The notes beneath the pieces were generated by a model. That model saw nothing but the letters and a program-made list of their open reading frames with translations, was not told where the DNA came from and made no database searches. A stretch of 60,492 bases of DNA, the filler included, from Basidioascus undulatus (taxonomy: Eukaryota), in the NCBI GenBank assembly GCA_000826855.1. It is 7 parts of 7 records of this genome, joined end to end, with 100 filler letters (N's around TTAATTAATTAA, not from the genome) between each part and the next. Parts side by side here need not be neighbours in the genome. Positions count along the whole stretch, not along the records: positions 51,966 to 60,492 come from JTLS01001377.1; 6 more parts are not named here. One strand, given 5' to 3'. The translations under genes and the position numbers were made by a program. Numbering within the stretch: the stretch's first letter is position 1; each line of letters opens with the position of its first letter. Shown piece after piece: positions 56,532 through 60,492 of this stretch.

Positions 56532-59500
56532 TCAGGTCTTGTCGGCACCGAGCGTTCTGGACGCGACGGCGCGCTTGTTGGCTGTGTGATGCCAACGAAT
56601 GGGCAGGTCAGTAAGGAGTGTGAGGGTGGAACGAGAATCACAAACGTACTCCAATGCATATGTGCCTGGCTGGCCACATCGCTTGAAAGCGCCTTGGCGC
56701 GCGTGGACCGCCGCGCCTCGGGTGCGCGAGTCACCGTGCTCGAGTCCTACTCGTGACAGACAAGAATCAGCATGCACATCGGAAAGTGGCAGAGAGAGAG
56801 AAGGGGTAAGACGCGACGCACAGCGATCCTCTTCCGCACGCCGCCCATGAGCCAGAACCACCACTTGTTGAGCTGGTTCTTGAACGCGTACTCCCGGTGG
56901 CCCTTCGCCTGCAGCCAGGCAAGCAAGGCGTCGAGCTGTCCGCGATTTAATCATCCCACATCAGTATGCCGTCCTCTCCTTACCCCGACCCAGTCGCCGA
57001 GCGAAACGCACCTCCTCAGGGTCCTCGTAGACAGCCCACTCGCCAGGCGCGAGCACGCCTTCCTCGCCCTCCTCTGCGACCCGACGTTCCGCGAGCGCAT
57101 CCAGACTCTTCGCTTCGATGATCGCTTCGCGCGGACCTTGGATGAAGAGGCGCCCCGTGCCGTACAGCGGCGCGCCACCGGGACCTTGCAAGCTCGTGCC
57201 GCCGATGCCGTCGAGCCACCTGCAATGGTCGCCATCAAAGCCATGTCAGCAAAAGTTGCTGAAAATGAACGAGTGAAAGAAGGAGCCAGGCACCAGTAAT
57301 TGTTGTAGAAACGGTCCTGCCCGAGCGGCCGTACGCGGCTGACATGATACGCCTTCCTGAACTCACGCTCGATTGCCTCCGATCGCTTCTCCAAGCGCGC
57401 GTACTCCTCTTCCGCGGTCTTCTTCTCGGCGCGGCGCGCCTTCTGCTGGGCGTTACGCTTGCGCTCGGCCTCGCGCGCCTCCTGCTGCGCCTTACTCCGC
57501 ATCGCCTCCTCCGCGTTCTTCGCGAGCTGCTGCTCGCGCAGCGTCTGCGCGCGGCGCGAGGGTGCGCGGATGCCGGACCCGGATTCGGAGGCCGAGTAGT
57601 CCGAGGCTGCGCCGTCGAGCTGCGGGTCGGCGTAGTTGTCCGGGTCGAGCTCGTCCACGTCCGACGCGACCGCCGAGTCCAGCTCGTCGTCCTCCGGCTC
57701 GGGCTTCATCTCGTCCTCCTCGACTTCGCTCAGCGGCGAGGACGGAGGGTGCATTTCAAGGTCGCCGTCGACGTCGCCATCCTCCGTCCCAGCGACGGGC
57801 GTCTCCGTGCCCGCCTCGACGGCCTCGCCCTCCTTCTTGACTGGCTGCTCGCCGTTCGCAGCACCAGCTGCCTCTTTCTCAGCGAGGCTGTCGTCCCGTA
57901 CACGCGCATCAGCATCGTCCGCAAACTTGCCCGAAGCGCCGGGGACGATAACTCACATCTTCTTCTTCTCGCGGTTCACCTCGACGCGCTCCTTGCGCAG
58001 CTCCGTGAGCTCCGCCTCCTGCTCGTCGATGTACGCGCGCACGCCGCGGACCATGCTGGCCTGACCGACCAGGAAGTTGATGATGTGGATCTTGTGCGAG
58101 AGCGGGAGGGTCCAGTACCTGTCCTCTGGCCGCAGCCCGTCGTCGGCCAGCGCGGGCTTGGTTGGGGCCGGCGAAGCGTCCCGGGACGCGACGACGTCCC
58201 GGAAGAAGTGCTGGAAGATGTCGTGCAGCCCGGGAAGAGTCTCGCTGGTTGCGCGCTGCATCGAAAAGAAACATCATAAATAAGGAAGACCGCTGGTTCG
58301 CCAGGCTCCCTAGGAAAGATACGCACAGCCCTCAAACACCCAATCAGCACGCTCTCCCACCCCTCGCGCTCCCTCGCCGAGTTGAGCTGCGTCTTGTCCC
58401 AGCTCCGCCCATACCCGCGGCTCATCTCAACCAGCACGTCCTTGTCGGGCGACGCCGCGCCGGACGCGCCGCCGCCCGGGTTCGCGGCCGCGCCGCCGGG
58501 GGCGTGGCTGCGTGCCTGCGCCTCGCGGATGAGCGCGTTGAGCAGGACGGCGTGGATCTCAATTATAAGGGGCGCGGGCGCGTCGGGCATAGAGTGGTAG
58601 AGCGCGTTGGTGTAGTCGTCGAGGGAGAAAGGCGAGATGGAAAGGGGTTGGCTGCAAAGGGAAGGCGTTCCAGGTTAATCGACGTGTTTGCGCGGGGGCG
58701 GCGGAGGAAGCCGGACGCACCCGAACGTGTTGAGGAAATCCCAGGTCATGAGCAAGTCTTCGAACAGCTCGCGCGGCACGAGCAGGTGCTTGCTCGGTTT
58801 CGGGCGGACGATCGTGCCCTCGCGCGTGCGCGCGTTGATCTCGCGCTTGGTGTAGACGACATCGAGGTCCTCGATCGGGTCTGCGTGAAACCAGTAAGCA
58901 GAGTGCCCTCGGGATGCGTGCACGAGACCGAAACGTACATTTGATCGGTTTTTTGCGCTCCGCAGGCACCTTCTCTTCCTTCCCCGCATCGTTGTCCGCC
59001 GCGGTGCGCTTGGCCTCAGCCGTGGCGGCTGTCAAAGCGGTTCCTGTCAGTTCGCGTCCTTTCCAAGCAACCACCGCGAAATCAACGGACCCCTCTCCTG
59101 CGCCTTCTGCTCCCTCTTCCCAAGCGGTTTCTCCTTCGGCTCAACGACCTAACCGTGTCCCGTTCACTAAGCGCGTGAAAAGCGAGGTAGAGTGGTGAGG
59201 GGCAAGCCCACCTTCTTTCGCGCCTGCAGCTTGTCCGCGCGGATGCTCGCGTTCTTCGCCTTGCGCTCCTCGGGCTGCTCGAGCGGGATGCCGAATTGCT
59301 GCGCGAGGTCGGCGCGCACGATCCAAGGCGCGCCGATGGACGCCTCGCGGATGAGGGACTCGCGGAGGTAGCGCTTCAGGATCGACTTGGAGAAGACGAG
59401 GCGGTCGCGGCTGTTGCGTCATTCCACCCAGCACGCCTCGTTAGTCTTTGGAGGCGGAATGCCGGGGTGAGAGCACGCACGAAAGCAGGTCCGCCTTGAC

Positions 59501-60442
59501 TTCCATGCTCGACCCGGAGAACTTGTCGTCCTCGCCCGCGAGCTGGACGATGTAGAAGTACCCGGCGGGCGGGTCCTGCTCGCTCGCCTCCTGCAGCGGG
59601 ATGTCCAAGTCCGTGCCGATCTTGTGCAGGTCCTCGGGCGCCGTCTCGCTGTCGTCCTCGTCCTCGTCTCCGACCGAAGACAGCTCCGACTCGGACTCTT
59701 CCGAGGCCGCGTTCAGGCGCGGCTTCTTGCGCGGCGGCTCTTTGGCCGAGCCTTTACGCGGGGATTTGTTGCGGAGGGAGGCGGGAGGGAAGACTTTCGT
59801 GATCTTGGCGAGATACCTGAGGGGAGAGATAATTGGTCTCGGAATGCAGTGAGGAAGCATATGGAAAACGTACTTGTCGCCTTGCAAGTCGACGTAGACG
59901 TTCTCGCTCGGCCAGTAGCGCGCCTTGAAGCGGTCGTAGATGCGGTCTACCAGATTATCCAGCCTGCCCTCGACCTCTGCACGCCACCAACAACGAACAT
60001 CAGCATGCGTCAGGATCGATACACTGAAACAAATGAAAAGGAGACACACGGAAAGCGACGCTACGGAGAACAGGACCTTTCAAAGCCGCCTGGAACCGGT
60101 CGTTCATCTTGCTCCCTTCGGCCTTCTCAGACGCGATCGCCTCCGCGAAGGTCATATTCGCCTTGCCGGTGACAGAGCACTGGAAGATGCGGCGACGGAG
60201 ATAAAAGACGCGGGCGAGGTAAGACCTGCGGGAGATTCCCAGCGTGAGCAGTGGGGAGGGAAGAAGTGGGACAAGGGAAGGGGGAAGACGCACTCGTAGT
60301 CGAGGAAGATTTCGCCCGTCGCCTCTAGATACCAGACTTGCGGGTCGGGGTCGACAGGCGCGGAGGTGGGGTCTTCGGGGTTGGCGGCAGGAAGGCCCGG
60401 GACGGGGAGCAGCTGGACGGGCTTGCGCTTGTAAACGGGCAT
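56532..60442 (-). CDS. ITC1: ISWI-complex subunit Itc1/ACF1-like (WAC, DDT, WHIM1, WSD domains)
   Basis: MPVYKRKPV..VWYLEATGEIFLDYE..FQCSVTGK (WAC), FEDLLMTWDFLNTF (DDT), YWTLPLSHKIHIINFL (WHIM1), RPLGQDRFYNNYW and LDALLAWLQAKGHRE (WSD). Confidence 0.9.
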
Positions 60443-60492
60443 GGTGGGCGGGGGGGGGCTCGCCGCAGGGCGGGGCTGAAAAGCCATGACGA

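Overview
Eukaryotic, GC-rich, intron-dense fungal DNA, most likely basidiomycete (GTGAGT/GTGCGT/GTACGT donors, CTRAC branch sites, mostly 45-90 nt introns, many micro-exons). The window is not one locus. It is seven contigs joined by artificial 100-bp N44-TTAATTAATTAA-N44 linkers, with strictly decreasing lengths (8572, 8571, 8566, 8564, 8547, 8545, 8527 bp), so adjacency across gaps carries no information. Recognisable genes: PRM10/ThrE-family membrane protein, NDUFA4/MLRQ-like subunit, DEK-C (Spp27/Uaf30-like) 5' end, YPI1, a Pro-1 tautomerase, an acetyl-CoA transporter, YTP1 3' end, a Zn-dependent MDR dehydrogenase, a Zn2Cys6 transcription factor, a Nup1-like FG nucleoporin, a Cys-rich single-pass surface protein and ITC1, plus four tRNA genes. 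Several accessory genes look decayed: DUF6535, an SDR, a GGFD-repeat secreted protein, a duplicated YTP1 fragment and an alpha/beta-hydrolase remnant. The most interesting signal, invisible in the ORF track, is three paralogous box C/D snoRNAs (snR71/SNORD29-like guide to LSU rRNA), each in its own intron of an uncharacterised host transcript at about 53.1-54.0 kb. All family calls come from manual splicing and motif recognition; no database searches were run, and gene ends are approximate where stated.
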